A DNA stretch of 46,715 bases from Methanobacteriota archaeon (GTDB taxonomy: Archaea > Thermoplasmatota > Thermoplasmata > SG8-5), in the NCBI GenBank assembly GCA_030670795.1, contig DAOVAY010000001.1, positions 1 to 46,715 on the forward strand. Reading direction: 5' to 3'. Numbering within the stretch: the first letter of the stretch is position 1; each line of letters opens with the position of its first letter. This document shows, one piece after another, positions 24,964 to 33,944 of the stretch. The notes beneath the pieces are model-generated. The model was not told the origin of the DNA, did not search any database, and worked only from the letters and a program-made list of their open reading frames with translations. A program made the position numbers and the translations under genes.

Positions 24964-26535
24964 ATGACTTGGTTAAACATTGGGGAAAAGGTCAGGGTCA
25001 ATGCTGCCAAGTATCCTGATAAACTCGCCTTGAAAGATGCACGAGGTCAACTGACTTTCAAAGAGTATGACGAAAGGACCAACATGCTGGCCAACGGCTT
25101 CCTCAAGCAAGGTCTGGAAAAAGGCGACAAAATAGCGGTTTTGTCCAATAATTCATTGGAATTCATGGAGATTTATGTCGCTGCAGCCAAAGCCGGTATC
25201 ATAGTCGTTCCGCTGAACTTTCGATTGCATCCCGACGACCTGACATATATCATAAAAAATTCAGATTCGAAAATGCTACTCGTAGAGTCCCGTTTTCGGG
25301 AACCAACCAGAGAAATCTGGGAAAAAGCCGAGGACGCGGAGCTCGACAATGTCAGGCGGGTTCTGATAGCGGACGAACCAATAGACGGTTGGGAATATTA
25401 TGAGGATATAATAAGAACTGGGGAAAACATATATCCCTCTGTAAAAACAGAACCGGAGGACACCTGGGTCATCTTATACACATCTGGTACGACTGGCAGG
25501 CCCAAAGGAGCCATCCGCTCTCATCGCTCCTATGTGGCATTTTTCCTGGTCAATCAGGCAGAGTTTTCCTTTAATCCGCAAGATTACGGTATGATATTGA
25601 TGCCGTTGTCGCATGTCAACTCGACGTTCTATTCCTTCGTCTTCACTTACCTCGGTGCACCGGTCTATATTCACCGCGAGTATAATTTCAATCCGGAAGA
25701 AGCACTGCAAATTATCAACCGTGAGAAGATAACCTTCACCTCGATGATTCCTACACATTTTAATCTCATTTTGACGCTTCCGGAAGAGGTCAAGAAGAAA
25801 TACGACCTCAATTCTATACGGGCCCTTCTCACATCATCCGCTCCGGCCACCAGACAAATGAAATTAGATGTAATAGAGTTATTTAAAGAGGCCCAACTCT
25901 ACGAGGGGTATGGCTCAACCGAGGCCGGCCTCGTCACCATTCTCAGACCAGAGGACCAAATGAGTAAATTGGGGTCAATAGGCAAAGAATGCATCGGAAC
26001 CGATTGCATCAAGCTCTTGGATGAGGCCGGCGATCCCGTACCCGTTGGTGAAGTAGGCGAGCTCTACTCGCGGGGTCCCCAGATGTTCGACAGATACTAC
26101 AAATTACCTGAAAAGACCAAAGAAGCGTTCATCGGGCAATATTTCAGCGCGGGGGACATGGCCAAAAAGGACGAGGACGGCTTTTACTATCTCGTCGACA
26201 GGAAGGCCAATATGATAATTACCGGGGGTGAGCACGTCTTCCCCTCCGAAGTTGAAAAGGTTGTTAAAAGACACCCCATGGTCAGGGACTGTGCAATTGT
26301 CGGTTTGCAGGATGCCAAGTGGGGCGAGGCCGTTACAGCGGTCTGTGTACTTTGTGATGGAGGAACACCATCAGACGAATTGATTGAAGACATCAGGCAG
26401 TTTTGCGAAGACAAGGTGGCCAGATTTAAAAAACCGAAACGTGTTTTGTTCATAAGTTCCGAGGAAATGCCGAAAACCGCGTCCGGAAAGATTGTCCATC
26501 GCCTTTTGCGAGAGAGATTCGACCAGAAGGAATAA
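24964..26535 (+). CDS. AMP-forming acyl-CoA synthetase/ligase (ANL superfamily)
   Basis: 523 aa. YTSGTTGRPKGA (A3 motif), GYGSTE, and C-terminal SGKI. Confidence 0.9.
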   Translation: MTWLNIGEKVRVNAAKYPDKLALKDARGQLTFKEYDERTNMLANGFLKQGLEKGDKIAVLSNNSLEFMEIYVAAAKAGIIVVPLNFRLHPDDLTYIIKNSDSKMLLVESRFREPTREIWEKAEDAELDNVRRVLIADEPIDGWEYYEDIIRTGENIYPSVKTEPEDTWVILYTSGTTGRPKGAIRSHRSYVAFFLVNQAEFSFNPQDYGMILMPLSHVNSTFYSFVFTYLGAPVYIHREYNFNPEEALQIINREKITFTSMIPTHFNLILTLPEEVKKKYDLNSIRALLTSSAPATRQMKLDVIELFKEAQLYEGYGSTEAGLVTILRPEDQMSKLGSIGKECIGTDCIKLLDEAGDPVPVGEVGELYSRGPQMFDRYYKLPEKTKEAFIGQYFSAGDMAKKDEDGFYYLVDRKANMIITGGEHVFPSEVEKVVKRHPMVRDCAIVGLQDAKWGEAVTAVCVLCDGGTPSDELIEDIRQFCEDKVARFKKPKRVLFISSEEMPKTASGKIVHRLLRERFDQKE

Positions 26536-26548
26536 TAACTGTTCTAAA

Positions 26549-27148
26549 TCAATCCGGTGCCGTCACCGCCAAGCCACGTTCGAACGCCTTCGAGTTCAGG
26601 TCAACGGTCTTGGGCGGTACCTCTGAGAGTATGTACTTCTTAAACTCATCAGTTTCGATCGGCAATTTTCCAGTTCCGGCAAGGGCGCCTAACATGACAG
26701 CATTTGCCATGACGTGGGAGCCAACTTCAATTGCAATTTTGGTGGCATTCAACACAGTCAGGTGGTCGTTGACTTCCTCTATAGCCCCTATGACATCGTC
26801 CAAGTCTGGATATTTCACGTCACTGATGTTTACGCTCACTGGGATAAACATAGCTTTGTTGGTGATGATCACGGTTTCCGGATGGGCCTTTTGGATAGCC
26901 CTGAACGCTTCAATCGGCTCGAAGGAAAGTATCAAGTCTGCCTGACCGTCCCCTATCATAGGGCTGTAAGTGTCTCCGATACACACGTGGCATGTCACGA
27001 CGCCGCCTCTCTGTGCCATGCCGTGGACCTCGCTCATTATCACGTTCTGGCCGGTGTTCATTATGGCTTCGCCAATGACCTTTGAGGCGAATACCACACC
27101 TTGACCGCCAACTCCGACAACGAGGATACGCAGGACATCATTCTTCAT
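26549..27148 (-). CDS. iorB: Indolepyruvate:ferredoxin oxidoreductase beta subunit
   Basis: MKNDVLRILVVGVGGQGVVFASKVIG... Its ATG overlaps the iorA stop (ATGA). The ORF track start is 27217. Confidence 0.85.
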   Translation of the reverse strand: MKNDVLRILVVGVGGQGVVFASKVIGEAIMNTGQNVIMSEVHGMAQRGGVVTCHVCIGDTYSPMIGDGQADLILSFEPIEAFRAIQKAHPETVIITNKAMFIPVSVNISDVKYPDLDDVIGAIEEVNDHLTVLNATKIAIEVGSHVMANAVMLGALAGTGKLPIETDEFKKYILSEVPPKTVDLNSKAFERGLAVTAPD

Positions 27149-29010
27149 GACGATTCCTCCACAGGTTCTATTGCGTTGAAGGGGCATACCTGGACACAGT
27201 AACCGCATCCAAGACATATGGCCTCATGTATGTCGATTTTTCCATCCTTATTTTCGAATATTGCGGGGCAGCCAAGTGTGTCTATGCATATTCTGCACTC
27301 TTTGCAGGTTTCCCTGTTAACTTTATATTGAGTTAAGGTCCCCGTTCTCCTCTTTTCCCTGACCTCCAAAAGGATGCAAGGCCGCCTGGCAATGATCACC
27401 GCAATTCCATCGTGTGCTAGTGCATCCTCATATGCTTTTGTGGTCACAGCCAGGTCGTTCGGGTCAACTATCCTGACGAAATCCGGGCCGCAGCCAAACA
27501 CGATGTCTTCAATAGATACCTCAATTGTCGGCTCACCTGAACCGGACCGCCCCGTACCTGGATTGGGCTGGTGCCCCGTCATTGCGGTGGTCCTGTTGTC
27601 CAGTATCGTGTAAACGAACTTATGCTTGTTATATACGGCATTGACGAGGCCATGGATACCTGAGTGGAAAAAGGTCGAATCCCCCAAGAAGGCAAGTACT
27701 GGCTGGTCAGTTGCCTTAGAGAATCCGCCGGCGGCGCCAACGCTCGAACCCATGCAAAGTAGGAAATCTGCGGTCTGAAGGGGCGGTTGGATGCCCAAGG
27801 TATAACAACCGATGTCTGTCGAAAATATCGCCTCTTTGAACTTGTCGCCGAGAGCCTTCTTCACGGCGTAATATGTATGTCTGTGAGGACAACCGGGGCA
27901 AAGACTCGGCGGCCTGTCAGGCAGAGGTATGTGTTTCGGTTCGAGCTTTCTGTCGGGAGCATCAGTGCCGAGGACTTTGGACATGCCCTGTTTGATCGTG
28001 TCTGGTGTGTATTCATATAACTTCGAAAAATGCCCGGTATCTTTACCACAAATCTCGGTATCCAAACCTTGACGTTGCACAATTGACCTCAACTGCTCCT
28101 CCAGATACGGCTCGAGCTCTTCCACCACCACGACTTTCTTCACCCCTTGCATGAATTTCAAGCACATTTCCGATGGAATAGGACGGGTCATTCCAAGTTT
28201 CAGGACCTTGCCCTTTATATCCTGTTCTCTCATGAAATCGATTACGTAATTGAACCCGGCCCCAGAGGTGATGATGCCTATCTCGTCGCCTCCCAGCTCA
28301 AACACCTTGTTGAAACTGCTCTTCTCAGAAATTTCCGCAGCTTTTTTCATCTGTTGAAGTAAGATAGCATGGCGTTTTCTTGCATGGACTGGTATGGTTA
28401 TGAAGCGGCCCGGGTCCTTTTCGAAAAATCCTTTATCTTGCGGTTCACCCAGCTCTCCAAGTATTACTGGCCCTCTCATATGATTGATCCTCGTCGTTGT
28501 CCTTAAAATAATCGGGAGTTCGAGCTCTTCAGATAAGTCAAAAGCGATTCTGGTCATTTCCTTCGCCTCTTCCGGCGACGAGGGTTCGAGCATCGGGATG
28601 TTTGCAAGCATGGCATAATAACGGTTGTCCTGCTCGTTCTGGCTCGAGTGGCAGGACGGGTCGTCGGCGGTTATTATCACCAAACCGCCGCGAACTCCGG
28701 TGTAAGCGATGGTCATGTAGGCATCGGCGGCGACATTCAGCCCGACATGTTTCATGAAAGTCATGGACCTCAACCCACACGCAGATGCAGCAGCCACAAC
28801 CTCTATCGCGACTTTCTCGTTGGTCGAATACTCAAAATAAAGGCCGAAGTCCTTTCCAACGCGTTCGAAAGTGTTTCCGATCTCAGATGAAGGGGTTCCC
28901 GGATATGCAGCAGCAACGTCGAGGCCAGCTTCCAGGCTGCCCCGCACTATGGCCTCGTTTCCGAGGAGGAAAAGTTTCTTGCCGACCTCGTTCGTCAAAA
29001 TCTCATGCAT
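27145..29010 (-). CDS. iorA: Indolepyruvate:ferredoxin oxidoreductase alpha subunit
   Basis: 621 aa. N-terminus LLGNEAIVRGSLEAGLDVAAAYPGTPSSEI, a TPP domain, and a C-terminal 2x[4Fe-4S] region (CKECRICI..., CLGCGYCVQVCP). Confidence 0.9.
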   Translation of the reverse strand: MHEILTNEVGKKLFLLGNEAIVRGSLEAGLDVAAAYPGTPSSEIGNTFERVGKDFGLYFEYSTNEKVAIEVVAAASACGLRSMTFMKHVGLNVAADAYMTIAYTGVRGGLVIITADDPSCHSSQNEQDNRYYAMLANIPMLEPSSPEEAKEMTRIAFDLSEELELPIILRTTTRINHMRGPVILGELGEPQDKGFFEKDPGRFITIPVHARKRHAILLQQMKKAAEISEKSSFNKVFELGGDEIGIITSGAGFNYVIDFMREQDIKGKVLKLGMTRPIPSEMCLKFMQGVKKVVVVEELEPYLEEQLRSIVQRQGLDTEICGKDTGHFSKLYEYTPDTIKQGMSKVLGTDAPDRKLEPKHIPLPDRPPSLCPGCPHRHTYYAVKKALGDKFKEAIFSTDIGCYTLGIQPPLQTADFLLCMGSSVGAAGGFSKATDQPVLAFLGDSTFFHSGIHGLVNAVYNKHKFVYTILDNRTTAMTGHQPNPGTGRSGSGEPTIEVSIEDIVFGCGPDFVRIVDPNDLAVTTKAYEDALAHDGIAVIIARRPCILLEVREKRRTGTLTQYKVNRETCKECRICIDTLGCPAIFENKDGKIDIHEAICLGCGYCVQVCPFNAIEPVEESS

Positions 29011-29019
29011 CTTGCCACC

Positions 29020-29925
29020 TCACTCGTTCCCCGCGGTGAACTCCTCCAGCCGCAACAGCTGTTTCCATTCCTTCGTCACGCGGGTCTGGATGTCGTCGAG
29101 GGCGTCCTCCGGCAGGTGTCTGAACCTGCCCTGCATTTTGAGATACGGTAGGATGGGTTCCAGCTCCTTCGGCTTTCTGGAAATCTTGTAGACGCCGTTC
29201 TCGACCTCGTATAGGGGGAAGGCACCGCAGGCAGTAGCCATTTTGGCTATTTCGATGGTTTTGTCAGGAGCCAGTCTCCAGCCTGTCGGGCACGGGGCGA
29301 AGATGTGAATGAATTTAGGCCCCTTGATTCCCTTCGCCTTTTTCAGTTTCTTTATCATGTCCTCTGGATATCCCACGCTCATCGTCGCGGTGTACGGTAT
29401 CTTGTGGGCCACCATGATGTCAACCATGTTCTTCTTCGGCATCCGCTTCCAGTCCTGTGTAGTGCCGACCGGAGTGGTGGTGGTCCATGCGCCGATGGGT
29501 GTCGCGGAACTGCGCTGGATGCCGGTGTTCATGTACGCTTCGTTGTCGTACATGATGTACATGACGTCGGTGCCTCTCTCAACAGCCCCGGAAAGAGCCT
29601 GAATGCCGATGTCGGCGGTACCTCCGTCTCCTGCCCATCCGACAACGGTTATGTCGTCGATTCCCTTGGCAGTCAGTGCCGCGCGGATTCCGGAAATCGA
29701 CGCGCCGGTGACCTCGAAGGCTGTGTAAAGCATAGGGATGTCGAGGCACATGTAGGGATAAACGCCGGGCATCACCGCCCAGCAGCAAGCTGGCACGCTG
29801 ATAATCGTCCTTTTGCCGAGCGCCTTCAACGTATATCGCATGGCCAGCGTCGCGCCGCAGCCCAGACATCCAACGTGGCCGGGCATCATCAATTCTTCTT
29901 CCGGAATCGTAAGCTTGACCATCAT
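29020..29925 (-). CDS. 2-oxoacid:ferredoxin oxidoreductase beta (TPP-binding) subunit
   Basis: Sequence ...PGHVGCLGCGATLAMRY..., GDGGTADIG. Its ATG overlaps the alpha stop (ATGA). Confidence 0.9.
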   Translation of the reverse strand: MMVKLTIPEEELMMPGHVGCLGCGATLAMRYTLKALGKRTIISVPACCWAVMPGVYPYMCLDIPMLYTAFEVTGASISGIRAALTAKGIDDITVVGWAGDGGTADIGIQALSGAVERGTDVMYIMYDNEAYMNTGIQRSSATPIGAWTTTTPVGTTQDWKRMPKKNMVDIMVAHKIPYTATMSVGYPEDMIKKLKKAKGIKGPKFIHIFAPCPTGWRLAPDKTIEIAKMATACGAFPLYEVENGVYKISRKPKELEPILPYLKMQGRFRHLPEDALDDIQTRVTKEWKQLLRLEEFTAGNE

Positions 29926-31106
29926 CCACCCCTCCCGTCCTTCACGTCGACCCATTCTATCTCCATGTCGACGCCGCCCGACCTAATGGCCAGCATGTTC
30001 TCGTAAAGGCGTTCCAGAACCTCGGGAGTGAGGTCCCTGCCCCCCAATCCGGCAATGAAATTTTTAACGATCGGCTTGTCAGCCACCGGCATCAGAGCCC
30101 CGTAAATCTCGGCAGCCATCGGGCCACCGTGTCCGAAACAATAACTGCGGTCCACAATGCCGATGCAGTTGACATTCTTCGCGAGCCAGCGCACCTCATC
30201 GACAGGGAACGGCCTGAAGTACCGCAGACGGGCAAGTCCTACTTTCTTGCCCGCGCTCCGCATTCTGTCAACGACCTCTTTCGCGGTGCTGGCCACGCTG
30301 CCGCTGATGACCAAGACTGCTTCTGCATCCTCGCATTCGTAAAACTCCATCAGGCCGCCGTAAGAACGACCAAATCGGCTCTCGAAGTCCTTCTGGACGT
30401 CCCGCAATTTGTCCCGCGTTTTATCCATCGCCTCCGCGATCTTGTACCTGAACTCCATGTACCATTCCGGCATGACCAGCGAGCCGAAACCGTGCGGGTC
30501 GTCGACGTCGAGCTTCATTTCGGGGTCGTAGGCCGGCAGGAAATCGTCAACCGCGCTCTGGTCGGGCATATCTACTGGCTCGACGGTGTGGGACAGGATG
30601 AATGCATCCTCGATGATCATCGAAGGGAGCATGATGTCCCGCGACTCGCCGACCTTGTAGGCCATTAAAATTGAATCCAACACCTCCTGGTTGCTTTCGC
30701 AATAGATTTGCATCCAGCCAGTGTCTCTTTGGGCCATGGTGTCGTGCTGGTCCGCCCAGACACTCCACGGCGGTCCGTTGGCGCGGTTGATGTTCGACAT
30801 GACGACGGGCGTTCTCGCACCCGACGCCCATATCAGCATCTCGTGCATGAGAAGCAGCCCGTGAGATGAACTGGCCGTGTAAGTTCGCGCCCCGGTAAGC
30901 GATGCGGAGATGCAGGCCGCCATCGCGCTGTGCTCGCTTTCCACCTTGACGAACTGAGTCTCGAACTCGCCGTTCGCCACCAGGCTGGCTATCTTCTCGA
31001 TGATAGAGGTTTGGGGGGTGATTGGATAGGCCGCGATGACCTCCGCCCTCGCCAGTTTCGAGCCGTATGCCGAGGCCGAGTTTCCGGAAATAACCATCTT
31101 TACCAT
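29922..31106 (-). CDS. 2-oxoacid:ferredoxin oxidoreductase alpha subunit
   Basis: MVKMVISGNSASAYGSKLARAEVIAAYPITPQT... Start at ATG 31106, just after the delta stop (ORF track start 31181). Confidence 0.9.
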   Translation of the reverse strand: MVKMVISGNSASAYGSKLARAEVIAAYPITPQTSIIEKIASLVANGEFETQFVKVESEHSAMAACISASLTGARTYTASSSHGLLLMHEMLIWASGARTPVVMSNINRANGPPWSVWADQHDTMAQRDTGWMQIYCESNQEVLDSILMAYKVGESRDIMLPSMIIEDAFILSHTVEPVDMPDQSAVDDFLPAYDPEMKLDVDDPHGFGSLVMPEWYMEFRYKIAEAMDKTRDKLRDVQKDFESRFGRSYGGLMEFYECEDAEAVLVISGSVASTAKEVVDRMRSAGKKVGLARLRYFRPFPVDEVRWLAKNVNCIGIVDRSYCFGHGGPMAAEIYGALMPVADKPIVKNFIAGLGGRDLTPEVLERLYENMLAIRSGGVDMEIEWVDVKDGRGG

Positions 31107-31108
31107 CT

Positions 31109-31399
31109 TCACTCCTCCTCCATAACCATCTGGATAGCATCCTTCGGGCACTCGTTCGCGCAGATTCCGCAGCCCTTGCAATGCTCCATCCTGAAAGTCG
31201 GATAATCGTCATCGCCGATGTCGATAGCCGGCTCCGGGCAGAACTTCCAGCAAATCGCACACTTGATGCATTTTTCTTTCTCGAGGACCGGCTTGAATGT
31301 CTTCCAGAAACCGGTCTGGTTCTCTTCCGACGAGACAAAAGTGATGGGCATAAGGGGCAGGTCCTGGTGCTTCTTGTAATCGCGCTTAAATTTGCTCAT
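31109..31399 (-). CDS. 2-oxoacid:ferredoxin oxidoreductase delta (2x[4Fe-4S]) subunit
   Basis: CIKCAICWKFCPEPAI and CKGCGICANECP. I prefer ATG 31399 after GGAGG. The alternative is TTG 31462, which overlaps the gamma stop. Confidence 0.8.
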   Translation of the reverse strand: MSKFKRDYKKHQDLPLMPITFVSSEENQTGFWKTFKPVLEKEKCIKCAICWKFCPEPAIDIGDDDYPTFRMEHCKGCGICANECPKDAIQMVMEEE

Positions 31400-31458
31400 A
31401 GGAAAACCTCCATAATTTTGGAGGTTTTGAGTTGAATGGTGAGCGATAGCGAACCCAT

Positions 31459-32004
31459 TCAAACCACCCCTTCATATGCATCTCTGGCTGCCTGTGCATT
31501 CTCTTCCTGCTTGACCGGAACATTCTTTTTCACGCTCTCGATGAGCGAGTCGAGCGAGACTATGCCGGACATCTTGACGAAGCCCCCCAGAATCGCGCTG
31601 TTCACGATGGGTGCGGCCTTGCTTCCCAGGCGGTTGTTGATGGCAATGCCAGTTGCGTCGACCGCGTAGATGGTGATGTCTGGCTCGAACCCGAGCTCGC
31701 CCGGTGGCTTAGTTGTATTAACCAGAACCTTGCCGCCATCTTTCAGACCGGCGACCACGTTTACGGCCTTTATCAGCGATTGGTCCATGACAATCACAAA
31801 ATCGGGCTCGTAGATGCTCGACTTGATTCTTATCTTCTTGTCATCAATCTTGGTGTAAGCCGTGACCGGCGCTCCCCTTCGTTCCACTCCGAAGTAGGGA
31901 AATGCGGAGACGTCCTTTCCTTCAAGAAAGGCCGCCTCAGCCAGTATGGTGGAGGCGACAACCGAACCTTGGCCTCCCCTGCCATGAAATCTGATTTCTA
32001 TCGT
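31459..32004 (-). CDS. 2-oxoacid:ferredoxin oxidoreductase gamma subunit; the true N-terminus lies upstream of the first canonical start
   Basis: The ORF track starts at GTG 31887. However, the in-frame upstream sequence TIEIRFHGRGGQGSVVASTILAEAAFLEGKDVSAFPYFG is the conserved gamma N-terminus. The upstream in-frame stop is at 32029-32031. No ATG, GTG or TTG lies between that stop and 31887. GGTGAGG precedes ACG 32004 / ATA 32001. Confidence 0.75.
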   Translation of the reverse strand, partial: TIEIRFHGRGGQGSVVASTILAEAAFLEGKDVSAFPYFGVERRGAPVTAYTKIDDKKIRIKSSIYEPDFVIVMDQSLIKAVNVVAGLKDGGKVLVNTTKPPGELGFEPDITIYAVDATGIAINNRLGSKAAPIVNSAILGGFVKMSGIVSLDSLIESVKKNVPVKQEENAQAARDAYEGVV

Positions 32005-32178
32005 GACCTCACCCGCATGTGAATAGAATCATCGTTTTTTATACTTGCGTGGATGTTTGAGTTTTTGCAAACGTGGCTTGCATAAAAACCCAAACATGGT
32101 TTACCTCTGGTAAACCTCATGCATCGTCACATCCAGCATGCAGAAAATATTAAAAAGCCTGCTCCCTAACGCCCAGCA

Positions 32179-32601
32179 ATGGGCATTCATCACATTCATT
32201 TCAGGACGTTCGTTCACGCCACCGAGTCCCCGGAGAAAGTCAGGTCAGCGCTCGCCCACGTTGTCGGCGACGTCGAAATCGCGGAAAATAAAACATCTGG
32301 CCATTTCGGAAATCCGCTCATAATCCTCGAGACAAAGCTCAAAAAAAACAGGGACATCAAAGCCCTGATGCTCCGATTGAAAGAAGAAGGAATTGTCGAT
32401 TACCTTCTGCAAAACCTCGGGGACCGGCTGGACGACGAGTGCAACTTCCACTTCCGGCTGAGCAAGCAGAAGGCCCTCGAGGAGATACTGGCCATTGCGG
32501 AGGACAAGGACGTGATTGCGTGCACGGCTAAGGTTGCTGCGTACCCCGCGAACAGGGAGAACGCGCTTGCGGTTATCGAGGAGTATCTGACTGGTTTGTA
32601 A
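32179..32601 (+). CDS. DUF54/COG1931-type predicted RNA-binding protein
   Basis: 140 aa. IHHIHFRTFVHATESPEKV...GHFGNPLIILE matches my recollection of this archaeal family. Not verified by search. Confidence 0.55.
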   Translation: MGIHHIHFRTFVHATESPEKVRSALAHVVGDVEIAENKTSGHFGNPLIILETKLKKNRDIKALMLRLKEEGIVDYLLQNLGDRLDDECNFHFRLSKQKALEEILAIAEDKDVIACTAKVAAYPANRENALAVIEEYLTGL

Positions 32602-32611
32602 GGTAGCCAGA

Positions 32612-32623
32612 TTTTATTCTTTT
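32612..32623 (+). terminator. Oligo-T tract downstream of the DUF54 gene (archaeal-type terminator candidate)
   Basis: ttttattctttt lies 11 nt after the TAA at 32599-32601. Confidence 0.35.
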
Positions 32624-32659
32624 GTCCCGCCCCAATCAGTCATCGTTCCCCCCACCCTT

Positions 32660-32708
32660 GCGCCACTCCGCTGGCCTGCCCCAACCCCCACAGGCCTGCT
32701 CGTGGCGC
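32660..32708 (+). other. Extended GC-rich hairpin with a C-rich loop
   Basis: gcgccac-tccgct-ggcctg-ccccaaccccca-caggcc-tgctc-gtggcgc. There are two perfectly complementary segments of 7 bp and 6 bp. Confidence 0.4.
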
Positions 32709-32743
32709 TGGTCTGGTATTGGTTTGAAAGGTCTAACCATTAA

Positions 32744-32752
32744 GTTTTAATA
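32744..32752 (+). promoter_or_regulatory. TATA-box-like element about 30 nt upstream of ATG 32780 (implies a leaderless or very short leader mRNA)
   Basis: The sequence agttttaata lies in an otherwise GC-richer spacer. No SD precedes the ATG. Confidence 0.3.
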
Positions 32753-32779
32753 CATCCCATTGGTTTTACAATTTGGGAA

Positions 32780-32998
32780 ATGATGGCAAGACAAAAGAAG
32801 GAAGTGTCAGGCATTTGCGACGTATCTGGCTGCAAGAATGAGTCCGACCGCTCGCTTTCGCGAAAGAAGGTCGATTCAGCACTGGAGGGCTCAAGCTTGA
32901 AAGGTGATGGCCGCAGGGTCAAGATATGCAAGGACCACTACAAGAAATACAAGAAGAAGACCAAGAAGGACAGAAAACTGGAATCCTTAGGGTGGTGA
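32780..32998 (+). CDS. 72-aa basic miniprotein with a C-x4-C ... C-x2-H (zinc-ribbon-like) pattern and a Lys-rich tail
   Basis: MMARQKKEVSGICDVSGCKNE...RVKICKDHYKKYKKKTKKDRK. Family not recognised. Confidence 0.5.
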   Translation: MMARQKKEVSGICDVSGCKNESDRSLSRKKVDSALEGSSLKGDGRRVKICKDHYKKYKKKTKKDRKLESLGW

Positions 32999-33009
32999 GC
33001 AATCTGACT

Positions 33010-33912
33010 ATGCGGAAGGTAAAGAGCGGGGTTTATGGCCTGAACACTCTCATGGACGGTGGCATAAACGAGAACACGATAACCACGGTAATCGGTTCAT
33101 CGGGGGCCGGTAAGACCACCTTCGCAACCTACTTTTTGAAGCGCGGCCTCGAACTCGGTGAAGATGCTATATTCATCACGCTGGACGAGACACCGCAGCA
33201 GATTATCAAGGAAGTCATCGAGATGGGCTGGGAGGATGTTGAAGATTATATCGATGAGGGGGCGTTGGTGTTCGTGGATGCCGGCGGTCGCCAGTTCTCG
33301 GATTTTATTAAAACGGAATTGGCCGGATTTGTCAACGAATGGAAAGGTTACAACGCCCGAATAGTGGTCGACCCGCTTACGCCGGTGCTATGGTCTGTGG
33401 AAAACAAGTACGAGCAGCGCGACCTGGTATCGTTCCTTCTCAGAGAACTTAGGAAGATAGGCACCGTAATATGTACCCTTGAGGAGCACGGGGTAATGGG
33501 AGACCTGTCGGGAGCCGAATTGATAATACCCATGTATCTGGCCGACAATGTAGTTCACCTCAGGTACCGAAGTCACGACAGTCCCGAGAAGAGAGACTTA
33601 AAAATAATCAAATGCAGAAGTAGCAGGCACAGCCATTTCTGGCACCCTTACAACATCGTGAGGGGAAGCGGCCTCATCGTCCAGAGGGCGAAGCTGGCCA
33701 CCGACCACTCGAAGAGAGTTGTGGACATGACGAATAAGCTGGACAAGATGCTGGCCGACCTGCCGAAGGAGAAAGCCGCCAAACTTACTCCGAAAATCAA
33801 GCAAAGCCTTCACAGGACCGTCGAGACCATCTCCGCCGAGGACATCGGCTCGATGGACCCCGAATATATCCTATTACAATTATTGTTAGAATACGAGCTC
33901 ATAGAGGAGTAG
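33010..33912 (+). CDS. KaiC/RecA-superfamily single-domain ATPase with a ~75-aa C-terminal extension
   Basis: SGVYGLNTLMDGGINENTITTVIGSSGAGKTTFA (Walker A), hydrophobic strand plus D (ARIVVDPL) Walker B region, and KIIKCRSSRH. Start at ATG 33010 (ORF track start 32926). Confidence 0.8.
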   Translation: MRKVKSGVYGLNTLMDGGINENTITTVIGSSGAGKTTFATYFLKRGLELGEDAIFITLDETPQQIIKEVIEMGWEDVEDYIDEGALVFVDAGGRQFSDFIKTELAGFVNEWKGYNARIVVDPLTPVLWSVENKYEQRDLVSFLLRELRKIGTVICTLEEHGVMGDLSGAELIIPMYLADNVVHLRYRSHDSPEKRDLKIIKCRSSRHSHFWHPYNIVRGSGLIVQRAKLATDHSKRVVDMTNKLDKMLADLPKEKAAKLTPKIKQSLHRTVETISAEDIGSMDPEYILLQLLLEYELIEE

Positions 33913-33944
33913 GCCATCAGGACTACTCCAAAAATCAAGAGCAG

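Noticed and set aside
31400-31462. A TTG start at 31462 for the OFOR delta subunit, overlapping the gamma stop (TTGA).
   Set aside because: ATG 31399 has a GGAGG SD at good spacing and gives a protein length (96 aa) typical of delta subunits. I keep the TTG only as an alternative.
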